Shown piece by piece: positions 9,488 through 19,232 of a stretch of 64,000 bases of DNA (its first letter is position 1; each line of letters starts with the position of its first letter). The DNA lies in assembly GCA_902625325.1 (NCBI GenBank), contig CACOAW010000003.1, forward strand, positions 19,097 to 83,096. The letters run 5' to 3'. Position numbers and translations under genes: made by a program. The notes beneath the pieces were generated by a model. The model was not told the DNA's origin. It ran no database searches and saw nothing but the letters and a program-made list of their open reading frames with translations. The stretch comes from an uncultured Candidatus Poseidoniales archaeon (GTDB lineage: Archaea; Thermoplasmatota; Poseidoniia; Poseidoniales; Thalassarchaeaceae).

Positions 9488-10720
9488 ATGGGAATGGATG
9501 TAGAATCGATTAGGAAAGATTTCCCGATTCTTGATAGGAAACTGCCAAATGGCAAGCAGTTAGTCTATTTCGACAATGCAGCCACGTCTCAGAAACCCCA
9601 ATGCGTAATAGACGCGATGTCTGAGTACTACTCGGAATACAATTCGAACGCTCATAGGGCAAATCATACTCTGGCTGACGAGGCAACTACTGCTCTTGAG
9701 GCGGCTAGGAAGTCCATTTCCTCCTTTTTTGGAACCTCTCCTGAACAGATGGTCTACACAAGCGGAGCCACCGAGGCCATCAATCTGGTCTCTTATGCAT
9801 GGGCCCGAGAGAACCTCTCCTCTGGAGATGTGATAGTTCTCACTGAAATGGAGCATCACGCTGACATAGTTCCTTGGCAACAACTATCCAAGGAGAAAGG
9901 TGTAGAAGTTCGTTACGTCCCGATAGACACAGACTCTTTCACTCTTGACATGAATGCGTTCGAGGTGGCCGTTTCCGGAGCATCACTCGTCTGCGTGGTG
10001 CATACCAGCAATGTTCTAGGAGTCAGGAACCCCATAGAGAGGATTGTGACACTCTCCCATTCCCAAGGTGCTAGAGTTCTGTTGGACTGCGCACAGGGAG
10101 CTCCTCATGAGAGAATTAGCTTCGATAATTCCGGAGTAGACTTCATGGCGATATCTGCCCACAAAATGGGGGGGCCAACTGGAATAGGGTGCCTCTTGGT
10201 GAAGCGAGACGCAATGGAGCAGATGACCCCATTCATGACCGGAGGCTCAATGATAAAGACGGTGAGTGTCGAAGGATCCACCTTCCAGGAGGGACATGCA
10301 ATGCTGGAAACCGGAACCCCCAGGATCGCCGAAGCAATAGGTTGGGGGGCTGCTGTCGAATGGCTGGACAGGCATGACATGAAAGAGATACATTCGCACA
10401 TAAACAGAATTGCATCCTGGACCGCTGAACAAATATCGGAGATAGATGGCATAACCGTCTACGGAGACCCAACCAGAGGGGATAGCAGCGGGGCCGTCTC
10501 TTTCCTCCACGAATCAATACAGTCACAGGATCTCGCCCTTCTGTTGGACGAGGGTGGATTCGCAGTGAGGACAGGGCATCACTGTGCACAGCCTCTAATG
10601 GACGCTCTGGGAGTCCCATCTACCAACAGGGCCTCTTTCTGGCTTTACAACACCATGGACGAGGCAGAAGCATTCGTCGAGCATCTGAGATATGTTGTCG
10701 ATAGGTTTTCGGACAAGTGA
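9488..10720 (+). CDS. sufS: Cysteine desulfurase SufS
   Basis: YFDNAATSQKP, EHHAD, SAHKM (PLP lysine), ETGTP and RTGHHCAQP. Confidence 0.95.
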   Translation: MGMDVESIRKDFPILDRKLPNGKQLVYFDNAATSQKPQCVIDAMSEYYSEYNSNAHRANHTLADEATTALEAARKSISSFFGTSPEQMVYTSGATEAINLVSYAWARENLSSGDVIVLTEMEHHADIVPWQQLSKEKGVEVRYVPIDTDSFTLDMNAFEVAVSGASLVCVVHTSNVLGVRNPIERIVTLSHSQGARVLLDCAQGAPHERISFDNSGVDFMAISAHKMGGPTGIGCLLVKRDAMEQMTPFMTGGSMIKTVSVEGSTFQEGHAMLETGTPRIAEAIGWGAAVEWLDRHDMKEIHSHINRIASWTAEQISEIDGITVYGDPTRGDSSGAVSFLHESIQSQDLALLLDEGGFAVRTGHHCAQPLMDALGVPSTNRASFWLYNTMDEAEAFVEHLRYVVDRFSDK

Positions 10721-11195
10721 TGAGCAATTTCAAGTCGAATGGTCCCGAGGCGATGACGTGGACGATGGGAGGAGATGGCCAGAGCAGTTGGACTCCATTA
10801 TCGAGGAGTTCTCATCCTGCTTCGACTCCATGGAGAGGTACGAGCTTCTTTTCCAATACGCAAAGAGGAATCCCTCCCCTTTGCCCGTCGAAGAGTGGGA
10901 GGATGGAAACCAAGTACATGGTTGCCAATCACGCGCACATGTCTCTTGCGACCTTGACGACGAGGGGCAATTCGTCCTGAGGGGCGGGGCCGATGCACAG
11001 ATCGTGCAGGGCCTGATTGCGGTAACCGCGATTGCTGTGAACGGCATGAGTCCTTCATATGTCGCGGCAATGTCACCAGAATTCGCGGACTCCATGGGCA
11101 TAAGGTCATCCCTAACGCCAAGCAGAGCAAACGGTTTCCTGAATATGTTCAAGAGGGTCCAAGAAGAGGCTTCCTTGCTATCGGGGAGGACTTAG
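10692..11195 (+). CDS. sufE: Fe-S assembly sulfur acceptor SufE (true start may lie downstream)
   Basis: ERYELL, VHGCQS, DAQIVQGL and LTPSRANG; follows sufS. Confidence 0.9.
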   Translation: MLSIGFRTSDEQFQVEWSRGDDVDDGRRWPEQLDSIIEEFSSCFDSMERYELLFQYAKRNPSPLPVEEWEDGNQVHGCQSRAHVSCDLDDEGQFVLRGGADAQIVQGLIAVTAIAVNGMSPSYVAAMSPEFADSMGIRSSLTPSRANGFLNMFKRVQEEASLLSGRT

Positions 11196-11196
11196 G

Positions 11197-11502
11197 TTGG
11201 TCAGTGAATCGGAAGTGATGGACTCTCTGTCTAATGTCGAGGATCCCGAACTAAATCTGAAGGTTACCGATTTGGGATTAATTTACTCCGTGGATATTAG
11301 CTCAAGCCATGTAGAGGTTGAGATGACCCTTACTAGTCCGGGTTGTCCCGTCGCTCCAGAGTTGATGGCTGCTGTGCATAGGGCAGCTTTGGCTACAGAG
11401 GGAATCGAAAGCGTTCAAGTGAACCTGACTTTCTCCCCCCCATGGGATCCTAGAATCCACTCTTCCGAGGACGCGAAGTTCGAGATGGGAATTTTTGACT
11501 AA
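11197..11502 (+). CDS. DUF59/SufT metal-sulfur cluster assembly factor
   Basis: V.DPEL, DLGLIY, MTLTSPGCP and PPW. Confidence 0.9.
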   Translation: MVSESEVMDSLSNVEDPELNLKVTDLGLIYSVDISSSHVEVEMTLTSPGCPVAPELMAAVHRAALATEGIESVQVNLTFSPPWDPRIHSSEDAKFEMGIFD

Positions 11503-12377
11503 ACCAGTTGTAATTCTGCGGCCTTGAGCGTATTTTCCATCAGCATGGCTATTGTCATCGGCCCTACTCCGCCTGGGACGGGGGTGATCCAACCTGCGAC
11601 CTCCGAAACCTCGGGAGAAACATCCCCTGCCAACCCGCCTTCTACACGAGAAATACCAACGTCAACGACGAAAGCGCCCTTCTTCACCCATTCTTTCTCC
11701 ACCATATGGGGTCTGCCAACTGCAGCAATCAGTATGTCTGCCTGATTGCATATTGAGGAAATACCCTCGGTCTTCGAGTGAACTATGGTGACCGAAGCAT
11801 CACAACCAGGCTGTGCCAGCATTAGGGCCATGGGCATCCCCACTATCCTTGAGCGACCCAGAACCACAGCTCTAGCCCCTCGAGTTCTCACTCCGCTAGA
11901 CTCTAGCATCCTCATAACTCCAGACGGAGTACAGGGCATTAGCCCCCCAGCCCGCCCCTGTACCAGTTTGCCAAGATTTACAGGATGGAATCCGTCTACA
12001 TCCTTTTGCGGGAGTATGGACGATGCGATTGCCAGTTCGTTGACTCCATCCGGAGCTGGACTTTGAACTAGTATTCCGTGAATATTTGGGTCCGAGTTGA
12101 GAGAATTAACTACTTCTAGGATTTCTTCTAGATTCGAACTTCCCGGCATGTCGATTCGAGTGCTAATTATTCCACACCTCTCACACGCTCGCTCTTTGTT
12201 CTTAACATACACATGACTAGCCTGGTCGTCTCCCGCTATCACTACAGCAAGGTGAGGGGCAACTCCTTGTCCTATCAGTGAAGAAACTCTCTCCGATACC
12301 TCTTCTTGGATTTCTATCCCTAGAGCCTTTCCATCAACAATCCGTGCGCTCACGCTAACTCGAACGTAGCTTGGCAT
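11499..12377 (-). CDS. folD: Bifunctional methylenetetrahydrofolate dehydrogenase/cyclohydrolase (start probably about 8 codons inside)
   Basis: YVKNK, KDVDGFHP, PCTP, GRS.IVG.P, DVGI and TPVPGGVGPMT. Confidence 0.95.
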   Translation of the reverse strand: MPSYVRVSVSARIVDGKALGIEIQEEVSERVSSLIGQGVAPHLAVVIAGDDQASHVYVKNKERACERCGIISTRIDMPGSSNLEEILEVVNSLNSDPNIHGILVQSPAPDGVNELAIASSILPQKDVDGFHPVNLGKLVQGRAGGLMPCTPSGVMRMLESSGVRTRGARAVVLGRSRIVGMPMALMLAQPGCDASVTIVHSKTEGISSICNQADILIAAVGRPHMVEKEWVKKGAFVVDVGISRVEGGLAGDVSPEVSEVAGWITPVPGGVGPMTIAMLMENTLKAAELQLV

Positions 12378-12389
12378 TTGACAATTGGC

Positions 12390-12623
12390 TCATATCGGAG
12401 TCCAGAATCCCAATGCTCTAGCTACGCACCAACCTGACCAACCTTCGAAGATAGCAAATGACCCCCCACCAATCAGAGAGGCAGGAAACAGCCACGTTGC
12501 GCCAACGTCAACCCCCTGAATATAGAGGAAAGATGCTGCGACAATTCCGACTAGTACTCCGAGCGATCCCGATATCAAACGAAGGAATTTCCCTCTAGAG
12601 CCTATATTGCATTCTAGTTTCAC
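12390..12623 (-). CDS. Small two-TM membrane protein (DUF2892/YgaP-like)
   Basis: CNIG...R...G, two hydrophobic segments and C-terminal GWC; a TATA box lies upstream. Confidence 0.6.
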   Translation of the reverse strand: MKLECNIGSRGKFLRLISGSLGVLVGIVAASFLYIQGVDVGATWLFPASLIGGGSFAIFEGWSGWCVARALGFWTPI

Positions 12624-12645
12624 AGATATTTTTTTTCAATTGTTA

Positions 12646-12655
12646 CTTATAAAAA
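12646..12655 (-). promoter_or_regulatory. Archaeal TATA box for the leaderless 12623 gene
   Basis: TTTTTATAAG on the minus strand, 23-32 nt upstream of the GTG start. Confidence 0.5.
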
Positions 12656-12698
12656 TCTGTTTTAGAGAATGCATAGTAAAACCTCTCAATTCGGACTT

Positions 12699-12775
12699 TG
12701 GAGCCCCAGGAGGGATTCGAACCCCCGGCCGTCTGATTACAAATCAGATGCTCTACCAGGCTGAGCTACTGAGGC
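12699..12775 (-). tRNA. tRNA-Thr(TGT), CCA encoded
   Basis: Reverse complement reads GCCTCAG...TCTGA-TTTGTAA-TCAGA...TTCGAAT...CTGGGGC-T-CCA. Confidence 0.96.
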
Positions 12776-12863
12776 TTGCACTTCGCTAAGACATCCTCCA
12801 CTTGAACCCTCCACATTGTGAGATGTGGCAAGTTCTCATATCTCGCTGTTCTGTCGAACATCC

Positions 12864-13268
12864 ATGGGCTCGAAACACCGCGTCTCGAACCGCCAATTGA
12901 ATACTATAATTTCTGCCTGGCTTTGCATCGCTATTGGCTCTGGGCTCGCCCTAAGCGACGGGTCTACCTTCTCCATTGGACTCTCAGCCCCCCTTTCCAT
13001 CGGGGGGGTGATTCTATTGGTGGTGGGAATCGCAATGGGAAATGTTGCCGAGAAATCTTCTTCACACGAAGAGTGGGAACCATCGGCCATAGAGTTGCGC
13101 GACGCAGGTAGGCCTATGTTTAGAGTTGACACTACCTTGGACGAGCCGATTAGAACATCGATACTGTGTGGGAGATGTGCTGAGATAACTTGGACAGAGG
13201 GCAGGAAGCCCAAGACCTTCACATGCCCATCTTGCGGGGTCGATCTGTGGAAGTCAGAGGAAGAGTGA
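12864..13268 (+). CDS. Hypothetical two-TM protein with C-terminal zinc ribbon
   Basis: Two hydrophobic helices followed by CGRC...CPSCG. Confidence 0.65.
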   Translation: MGSKHRVSNRQLNTIISAWLCIAIGSGLALSDGSTFSIGLSAPLSIGGVILLVVGIAMGNVAEKSSSHEEWEPSAIELRDAGRPMFRVDTTLDEPIRTSILCGRCAEITWTEGRKPKTFTCPSCGVDLWKSEEE

Positions 13269-13299
13269 GCTAGGGAAGCCAATTCTCGGCAACCGTCAA

Positions 13300-14829
13300 G
13301 TGTTGATGACTTCTGGAATGAACGGAGACGTAGATATGGATCTCGGAAACAATGAGCGTAGGATGCTGCGGGCGATGCTATCTGACTCTTCAAGGGAGTG
13401 GACTTTGCCACAACTTCTCTCAGAAACTGGCTGGGAAGATCAGGTCCACGTTGCCGGAGCGGGGAAGAAACTCGAAGAGGAGGGGTTGCTTGAATTGAGT
13501 GAGTCATCCTCTAGGATGGTTTCCCTGGGCGATGAAGGCCAAAGGGCCTCTGAGAATGGTCTATTGGAATCAAGGCTATGGGGATGGATGTTGGAGTTAG
13601 ATGGAGAAAAAAGAACCATGAAGTCTCTGATGTCATCGGATTTCGATAGAACGGAGGCTGGACCGGGGATAGGGATTCTGAAAGGCCTTGGTATCGAGAT
13701 AGAATCAGGCATTTTCATCATATCAGACGACTCGAAAATCTCACAAGAAATCGATAGAAGGTCTGAATTCATTCTGTCTCTTTCAGAGGGTGCAGTTGAA
13801 TCCTCTAACCTGGATTCAGAGATGCTATCTCACTTCTCATCTAGAAGCGGTTTGCTCGATTTCGAGGACGTAACCATCAGAACTTGGAAACTGACTAAAA
13901 CCGGCTCTTCGTTAGACTCCTCATCTCTGAAGGAGACCAAACTGATAGGCGAGGTGACTCCAGAGATGTTGCAGACCGAGTCATGGATAGGGGCCGAATT
14001 CAAGCCGTTCGACGTAGAGGCACCTGCTCCCATGCCAACAGGGGGCAGGAGGCACCCAATGCAGTCGCTCATCGAGCGGATTCGTTCGGTCTTCCTCGAG
14101 ATGGGCTTCTCAGAGATAGAAGGCGACTACGTTCAATCAGCCGGCTGGAACATGGATTCGTTGTTCATCCCCCAGTCACACCCCGCAAGAACCATGCAAG
14201 ACACATTCTATCTAAATCAGCCTAGAAATGTGGAAGTCGAAGAGGAATACCTCGATTTATGGGCGAGGGTGCATGAGCACGGTCATGATACGGGTAGTAA
14301 GGGATGGGGCGGTTCCTTCGACAAAAAAGAGTCTCAGAGGGCCCTGCTAAGGACACACACCACGGTTAATACCGTCAGGCATATCGCTGACAACCCCCAC
14401 ACTCCGTCCCGAGTCTTCGGAATCGGGAGGGTGTTCAGGCAGGAGACCATAGACAGAACCCATATGCCGGAGTTCCACCAAATAGAGGGAATAATCCACG
14501 AGCCCGATGCAAGCCTACCAATGCTAATCTCGACCTTGAAGACCTTCTATTCAAAGATGGGATATCCAGATGTCAGAGTCAGACCCGCGTACTTCCCTTA
14601 CACAGAACCAAGCGCAGAGGTCGACATACTCTGGAAGGGAGAGTGGCTCGAGCTCGGAGGGTCCGGAATCTTCAGGCCAGAAGTTACAGAACCATTGGGT
14701 ACCGAGTGGCCGGTATGCGCCTGGGGAATGGGACTCGAGAGACTGGCAATGCTGGTTCTAGGTCTGGACGACATTAGGCAACTGTATCAGCCAGACCTAG
14801 AGAGGCTGCGGAAGATGCCCCTCCTTTGA
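13300..14829 (+). CDS. pheS: Phenylalanine--tRNA ligase alpha subunit, archaeal type (start may be 13336)
   Basis: N-terminal wHTH-like extension, G..HP, WN.D.LF.PQ.HPAR..QDTF, LRTHTT, H.PEFHQIEG, YFPYTEPS and WG.GLERLAM. Confidence 0.96.
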   Translation: MLMTSGMNGDVDMDLGNNERRMLRAMLSDSSREWTLPQLLSETGWEDQVHVAGAGKKLEEEGLLELSESSSRMVSLGDEGQRASENGLLESRLWGWMLELDGEKRTMKSLMSSDFDRTEAGPGIGILKGLGIEIESGIFIISDDSKISQEIDRRSEFILSLSEGAVESSNLDSEMLSHFSSRSGLLDFEDVTIRTWKLTKTGSSLDSSSLKETKLIGEVTPEMLQTESWIGAEFKPFDVEAPAPMPTGGRRHPMQSLIERIRSVFLEMGFSEIEGDYVQSAGWNMDSLFIPQSHPARTMQDTFYLNQPRNVEVEEEYLDLWARVHEHGHDTGSKGWGGSFDKKESQRALLRTHTTVNTVRHIADNPHTPSRVFGIGRVFRQETIDRTHMPEFHQIEGIIHEPDASLPMLISTLKTFYSKMGYPDVRVRPAYFPYTEPSAEVDILWKGEWLELGGSGIFRPEVTEPLGTEWPVCAWGMGLERLAMLVLGLDDIRQLYQPDLERLRKMPLL

Positions 14830-14842
14830 CAAAGATACTGAA

Positions 14843-15952
14843 TCACTCTTCTGCTAGTGCCTTTACATCTTGCAGGAAATCTCCGACATCCCAGTGGATG
14901 CCTGAGTATGCGACCCTCTTCCTCTGCTCCTTGTCAATGATGAAAGTAACAGTCGAGTGCCCAATCTCGTATTCTCCCAGACTCTCTTCATGCGGGTCTG
15001 TGAGGTTTCTATCATTCACTTCGGTGCTTCCTACTGGAACACAAGACATCCAGTCGTCGGAACCCCTGCCCCATCCGTCATCGCACATGCAATGGGCGCT
15101 CGCTCCCGTACCCATGACCCATCCCCTGTCATTGCAATCAACACCAGGGGGCATCATGCTCAAATTTGCATTACTCGCTATCCATGCCAAGTGGGTATCG
15201 AATCCAATGTCCATTTCGGAGATTCTAGCATCAGTGGGATCCCATGTTTCGTCTGAGCCATTCCAGATATGGAGTACCCACTCCCATGATTCATCCGCGG
15301 TCCAGTTCCCAATCGTTCCATTCCTGATGTCGTATTCCATTTCGGCATTCACCGTTAGCGCGTATTCAGCGAGTTCTCCCCCATTGCTGTAGCACGATAC
15401 GTTGAATGCGTCTATACATGGGTTGTCAGTCACCACCGTGGAGTTGTCTGGGCTCATAACTACGAATCTCAGCATCGCCTCTTCCGGCGGAAGGCTGTTC
15501 GCAATGTGATCGGCATCCACAACGACCTTCCATTCATCCCATACTGCTTGAATAACAGAGCCCCTGTCGTGGGTAAGGTGATTCCATTCGTACCCTCTCG
15601 CAGTTGTCCATTCCAAGAGCCTCTGAGTATTATCCTTAGCAGGATCTATGGTTATTGAGATGAACTCGACGAATTCAGACTCGCTTCCAAGGTTCTTGCT
15701 CACGTAGTCGATGTTAGAGGATATGATCAGACAAACATCTGGACAGGCAGTGTAGATGAAAGCAACAACTACGACCTTCCCATCAAAATCGGAAAGGGAA
15801 ACGTCCTCCCCAAACTGGTTTTCCAGAGTGAAGTCCGGCGCATCGGGCGGATTCTTGTATTCCGTCCCCAGTATCTCCGTCCCCTCAGGGCCAATGCATC
15901 CTGCAAGTAGGAAGGAGAAGACCAAAATCGCCGCTCCGACCCTCACAGACAT
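14843..15952 (-). CDS. SCO1/SenC family lipoprotein with ~180-aa insertion
   Basis: Lipobox LLAGC, APDFTL, FIYTACPDVC (CxxxC), ITIDP and Y.IGHS..FIID. Confidence 0.88.
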   Translation of the reverse strand: MSVRVGAAILVFSFLLAGCIGPEGTEILGTEYKNPPDAPDFTLENQFGEDVSLSDFDGKVVVVAFIYTACPDVCLIISSNIDYVSKNLGSESEFVEFISITIDPAKDNTQRLLEWTTARGYEWNHLTHDRGSVIQAVWDEWKVVVDADHIANSLPPEEAMLRFVVMSPDNSTVVTDNPCIDAFNVSCYSNGGELAEYALTVNAEMEYDIRNGTIGNWTADESWEWVLHIWNGSDETWDPTDARISEMDIGFDTHLAWIASNANLSMMPPGVDCNDRGWVMGTGASAHCMCDDGWGRGSDDWMSCVPVGSTEVNDRNLTDPHEESLGEYEIGHSTVTFIIDKEQRKRVAYSGIHWDVGDFLQDVKALAEE

Positions 15953-15979
15953 GGACCTGCTTCCTGGTTAGGGATTATT

Positions 15980-16708
15980 TCACTCTTCTTCCACTAGGCT
16001 CAGTATGTCTTCAAGAACGAGCTCAGGGTTCCAGTCCGTGTCTCCCCACCATACCCTTTGCCTCATCTGCTTGTCAACTATGATCGTGCCTGTTGTGTGA
16101 TCCACCCAGTAGTCAAGTGGGTGGTGGTTAGTCACCACGTCCCCCTCTGGCTGCTGGGTCTCCTTTCCACACCCGTTGTTATCCACCACTTCACCTTCTG
16201 GTGTGTCGGGGCAACTGTCGAATCCATCCGCGACTCCGTCGTTGTCAACATCCGTGTCATACGTTGTTAGGCCTACGTCGAAGTTCATCCAAACAGGCTC
16301 CAAGTCCTCGACTGCACCCGTTAGATGTGGCCATCCAAGCTCCCTAGTAGAGGCATAATTGTTCAGAACACTTGCATTGTCCGTCCACGGATCGACTGTA
16401 ACAGTCAGGATCTGAACAGAAGAGCCATGCAGATCGCCCAGTTCCTGCTCGACGAATGCCAGATTGGCACTGACCACTGGGCAGATGTCCGGACATCTTG
16501 TGAATAGGAAGGCCACCACCACCACCTTCCCTTCGAAATCAGACATAGAGACAGTATCCCCATTCTCATCTACTAGAACGAAATCATCCACTGAAATGGG
16601 AGGGGAGATATCCTCTCCGTAGAAATCATCGACCTCGCCCGAGAGGCATCCGGAAGAGGAAATTACCAACAACGAGAGGAAAACAGACAAAATCCTGTTA
16701 ATCTTCAT
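15980..16708 (-). CDS. SCO1/SenC family lipoprotein with thrombospondin type-3-like Ca-binding insertion
   Basis: Lipobox-like SSGC, FLFTRCPDIC, VTVDP and YWVDHT. The insert reads DVDNDGVADGFDSCPDTPEGEVVDNNGC. Confidence 0.9.
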   Translation of the reverse strand: MKINRILSVFLSLLVISSSGCLSGEVDDFYGEDISPPISVDDFVLVDENGDTVSMSDFEGKVVVVAFLFTRCPDICPVVSANLAFVEQELGDLHGSSVQILTVTVDPWTDNASVLNNYASTRELGWPHLTGAVEDLEPVWMNFDVGLTTYDTDVDNDGVADGFDSCPDTPEGEVVDNNGCGKETQQPEGDVVTNHHPLDYWVDHTTGTIIVDKQMRQRVWWGDTDWNPELVLEDILSLVEEE

Positions 16709-17238
16709 TCATCCCCTCCCTTTGCCGTAATTATAACTACTGAGAAAACCAAAATAAGCATGACTGTTAATGCTAGAAGAGAATCATTCTTTCCACTCGA
16801 ATCCTCATTCGCAGAATCTTCTGAGTTGAATGAGTATCCTGTAGGGGGCCCCGCCTCCTCGTGGAGGTCGGGCATTACAGTCAGGTTTAGCGTATTCCAG
16901 ATGGTCCCGTTTTCGAATATATCAAGATAGTAATTTCCCGCTGGCCATCTGTCCCAGTCCAGTATGAAAGAGCACTCATCCCTTATCGACGAGGAGTTAC
17001 TCGGCTCCGTCTCGCACCTCTGATCGTATTCGCCATTCCCATCCAGGTCCACTCTGATCGTCCTGTTGGTATCAGCCACGTTGTAGAACGTGACGGAGTC
17101 GTTCTGCATCACTTCAGCCAGTCCTGGTTGAAGGCTAGACCCCCTCATGATGATCGAGAAGTCATTCGCTCCGTGACCAGATGCCATCGGCATTGCGAAT
17201 GAGGACATCAGAAGTGCTATGACTAGGGCCCTGCTCAT
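16705..17238 (-). CDS. Exported cupredoxin-like beta-sandwich protein with C-terminal TM anchor
   Basis: Signal peptide ending ASG|HGAND; LQP..AEV...DSVTFYN and PAG.Y strand patterns; C-terminal hydrophobic helix. Paralogue of 21035-21634. Confidence 0.6.
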   Translation of the reverse strand: MSRALVIALLMSSFAMPMASGHGANDFSIIMRGSSLQPGLAEVMQNDSVTFYNVADTNRTIRVDLDGNGEYDQRCETEPSNSSSIRDECSFILDWDRWPAGNYYLDIFENGTIWNTLNLTVMPDLHEEAGPPTGYSFNSEDSANEDSSGKNDSLLALTVMLILVFSVVIITAKGGDE

Positions 17239-17239
17239 T

Positions 17240-19177
17240 TCAATCATCATCTTCAATTGTCCACAGCGCAGGATAGTTGTATCGCGGGTCGAAGTCCTCA
17301 TCGAACTGGACCACGTAGATCCCACTGACCATCTCGGAGATGAAGAGGAATCCACGTGGGTCGTATTGCAGCCCCCAATCGAACGGAATCATGCATGAGG
17401 CCCAGCAGTCGGCCATGTCATAACCCAAAGTGGTAGTGGGGTTTTCTATCCAGTATGGCCCAGATGGCAGGTAGTAACCGATCGTGTGAGTGGGGGCTAG
17501 ATCCTCTATCGCCTGGAAACCTCTGTCAGGCTCGGCTACTCCGTTCTCCCAGACCAATTCCTCCCATATTCTTCCGTGATCGGTGACCCAGTTCCCCGCA
17601 TGGTAGTGGGTCCAGTAGACATGACCATTTACACCGGTATCTCCATTATGGGGGCTGTAGATGTATCCTCCAGGGATGTAGTGCTGCGGGTGCTTGGACC
17701 CATTTGCCAGCGTTCCCTCTCCCGGTAGTCTCCATTTCGATACAAGGAACGGCTTGGTTGGGTCAGTCGTGTCTATAGTCCAGAGGAAGCCAGTGTGTCC
17801 GGCATTGCTGCCATACTCCGGTGCGATGATAGTGTAGTGACGCCAGTTCACCCCGTAAGTCGCATCACTGGGGCCCGAGCCACATTCCGATGGCCACTCT
17901 GCCTGAGGTACGTACTCGCTAATCCCATTGCACACCAGGTGGTCGTAGGGAACCGCGTAGTGGATGTTGTCATTCCCCTGCTCCGCGTCTAGCCATTCCT
18001 CGGGAGTCATGTTGGCATGTCCGCCTCCATCTGGGCCGTACCAACCATCATCAGCCGTGGGGCAACCAAGCCACCTCCCTACCTCGGGAGGCCAGGAGAT
18101 TCCGAGGGGGTCCGCTAAGATCGGTGGTTCACTTACATCGACGATTCTCAGGCCAGCCCCCCAGTATGATGCTACCAGGAGGCGCTGCCCTGTGATTGGA
18201 TGGACGAAGTACACGTGATCATGGTTGAAGATAGAACCACCGCATGTGGTGTCCGGCTCGGGGGTGTACCCCCCCCATCTGAGGATCTCCCTGCTGGAGT
18301 TCTGCTGCTCGTCGTTCTGGTTCGGCAACCAGGACTCTAATCCTCTCGGGACGTAGAATATCTGGGTCCCCTTGTAGAACGTCCCCGAACCGCCCTCTAC
18401 CATCTCGGGATAAGGGTCTGCTCCGAATATGAAGAGGCTGCACTCCTCCCTGAAGTCCACCGCTCCGTCCCAATCGCAGTACACTGCCAAATCCTGATTG
18501 TGGAATCCTGCTGGGGGGTTGTTCCACTCCGCGACCTTCACTGGGCTTGTCTTGTCGCCCACGTAAATCACATCCAGTCTGTTCATGCCGCTGTTTGCAT
18601 CGTCATCATTGGGTATAGGGTCCAACTCGCTGTTTGTCAACTCGTGATTCACTAGCACCCAGTTGTTGTCCTTGGTCACCTTGATGTCTATCATCCTCGC
18701 AATCTCAGCATAGTACGTTGAGAGCAGCCTGATGTTATTCGGCTCGCTGATATCTAGGATCTCGAATTGATTGTAGCTCGAGACGTAGGCGAAGCAGCCG
18801 CCGCTGCCATCCGCGTGGATCTTGCAGTCCTCGTCGAAGTTTCCTTCAATCGCGATTTCCGAGTTGTCTCCGGGAGTCGGGGCAACGTTCTTCCACTCGT
18901 CGAAGCAAGGCCTTCCTGCAGTGTTGTCCAACTCAGGAGGGGGGTACACCTCGCCGTCGCAATTCAGGTTGTGATAGTCGATTAGTTTGGCATTCGAGGT
19001 GAATAACCTGTGCGCCAGAAGATCGCTGTGAGAGTGGTTAGCATCCTCTATCTCGGTAACGGGATCTACCCAATCCTCGCCTCCGATCTCGTTACTTCCC
19101 TCGCTATCCGACGAAAGACAACCAGACACCGGGGCTAGCATTACTATGGAAACCGCTAGCCAAACCTTGGTGCCCAT
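17240..19177 (-). CDS. LVIVD-repeat / choice-of-anchor-B-like beta-propeller lipoprotein
   Basis: Lipobox VSGC; repeats FEILDISEP, LRIVDVSEP, LWTIDTTDP; YWGAG, SPHN and SGIYVVQF. Confidence 0.75.
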   Translation of the reverse strand: MGTKVWLAVSIVMLAPVSGCLSSDSEGSNEIGGEDWVDPVTEIEDANHSHSDLLAHRLFTSNAKLIDYHNLNCDGEVYPPPELDNTAGRPCFDEWKNVAPTPGDNSEIAIEGNFDEDCKIHADGSGGCFAYVSSYNQFEILDISEPNNIRLLSTYYAEIARMIDIKVTKDNNWVLVNHELTNSELDPIPNDDDANSGMNRLDVIYVGDKTSPVKVAEWNNPPAGFHNQDLAVYCDWDGAVDFREECSLFIFGADPYPEMVEGGSGTFYKGTQIFYVPRGLESWLPNQNDEQQNSSREILRWGGYTPEPDTTCGGSIFNHDHVYFVHPITGQRLLVASYWGAGLRIVDVSEPPILADPLGISWPPEVGRWLGCPTADDGWYGPDGGGHANMTPEEWLDAEQGNDNIHYAVPYDHLVCNGISEYVPQAEWPSECGSGPSDATYGVNWRHYTIIAPEYGSNAGHTGFLWTIDTTDPTKPFLVSKWRLPGEGTLANGSKHPQHYIPGGYIYSPHNGDTGVNGHVYWTHYHAGNWVTDHGRIWEELVWENGVAEPDRGFQAIEDLAPTHTIGYYLPSGPYWIENPTTTLGYDMADCWASCMIPFDWGLQYDPRGFLFISEMVSGIYVVQFDEDFDPRYNYPALWTIEDDD

Positions 19178-19232
19178 GAGCCCATGCGGGGATGCCTATT
19201 TTATGAAACTGCACCCAATTAGTACAGCCGCT

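Noticed and set aside
12836..13507. Long antisense ORFs (e.g. 12836-13507, 14826-15392, 3305-3847, 53792-54388)
   Set aside because: They are Ser/Pro-rich shadows of well-supported genes on the opposite strand and carry no motifs.
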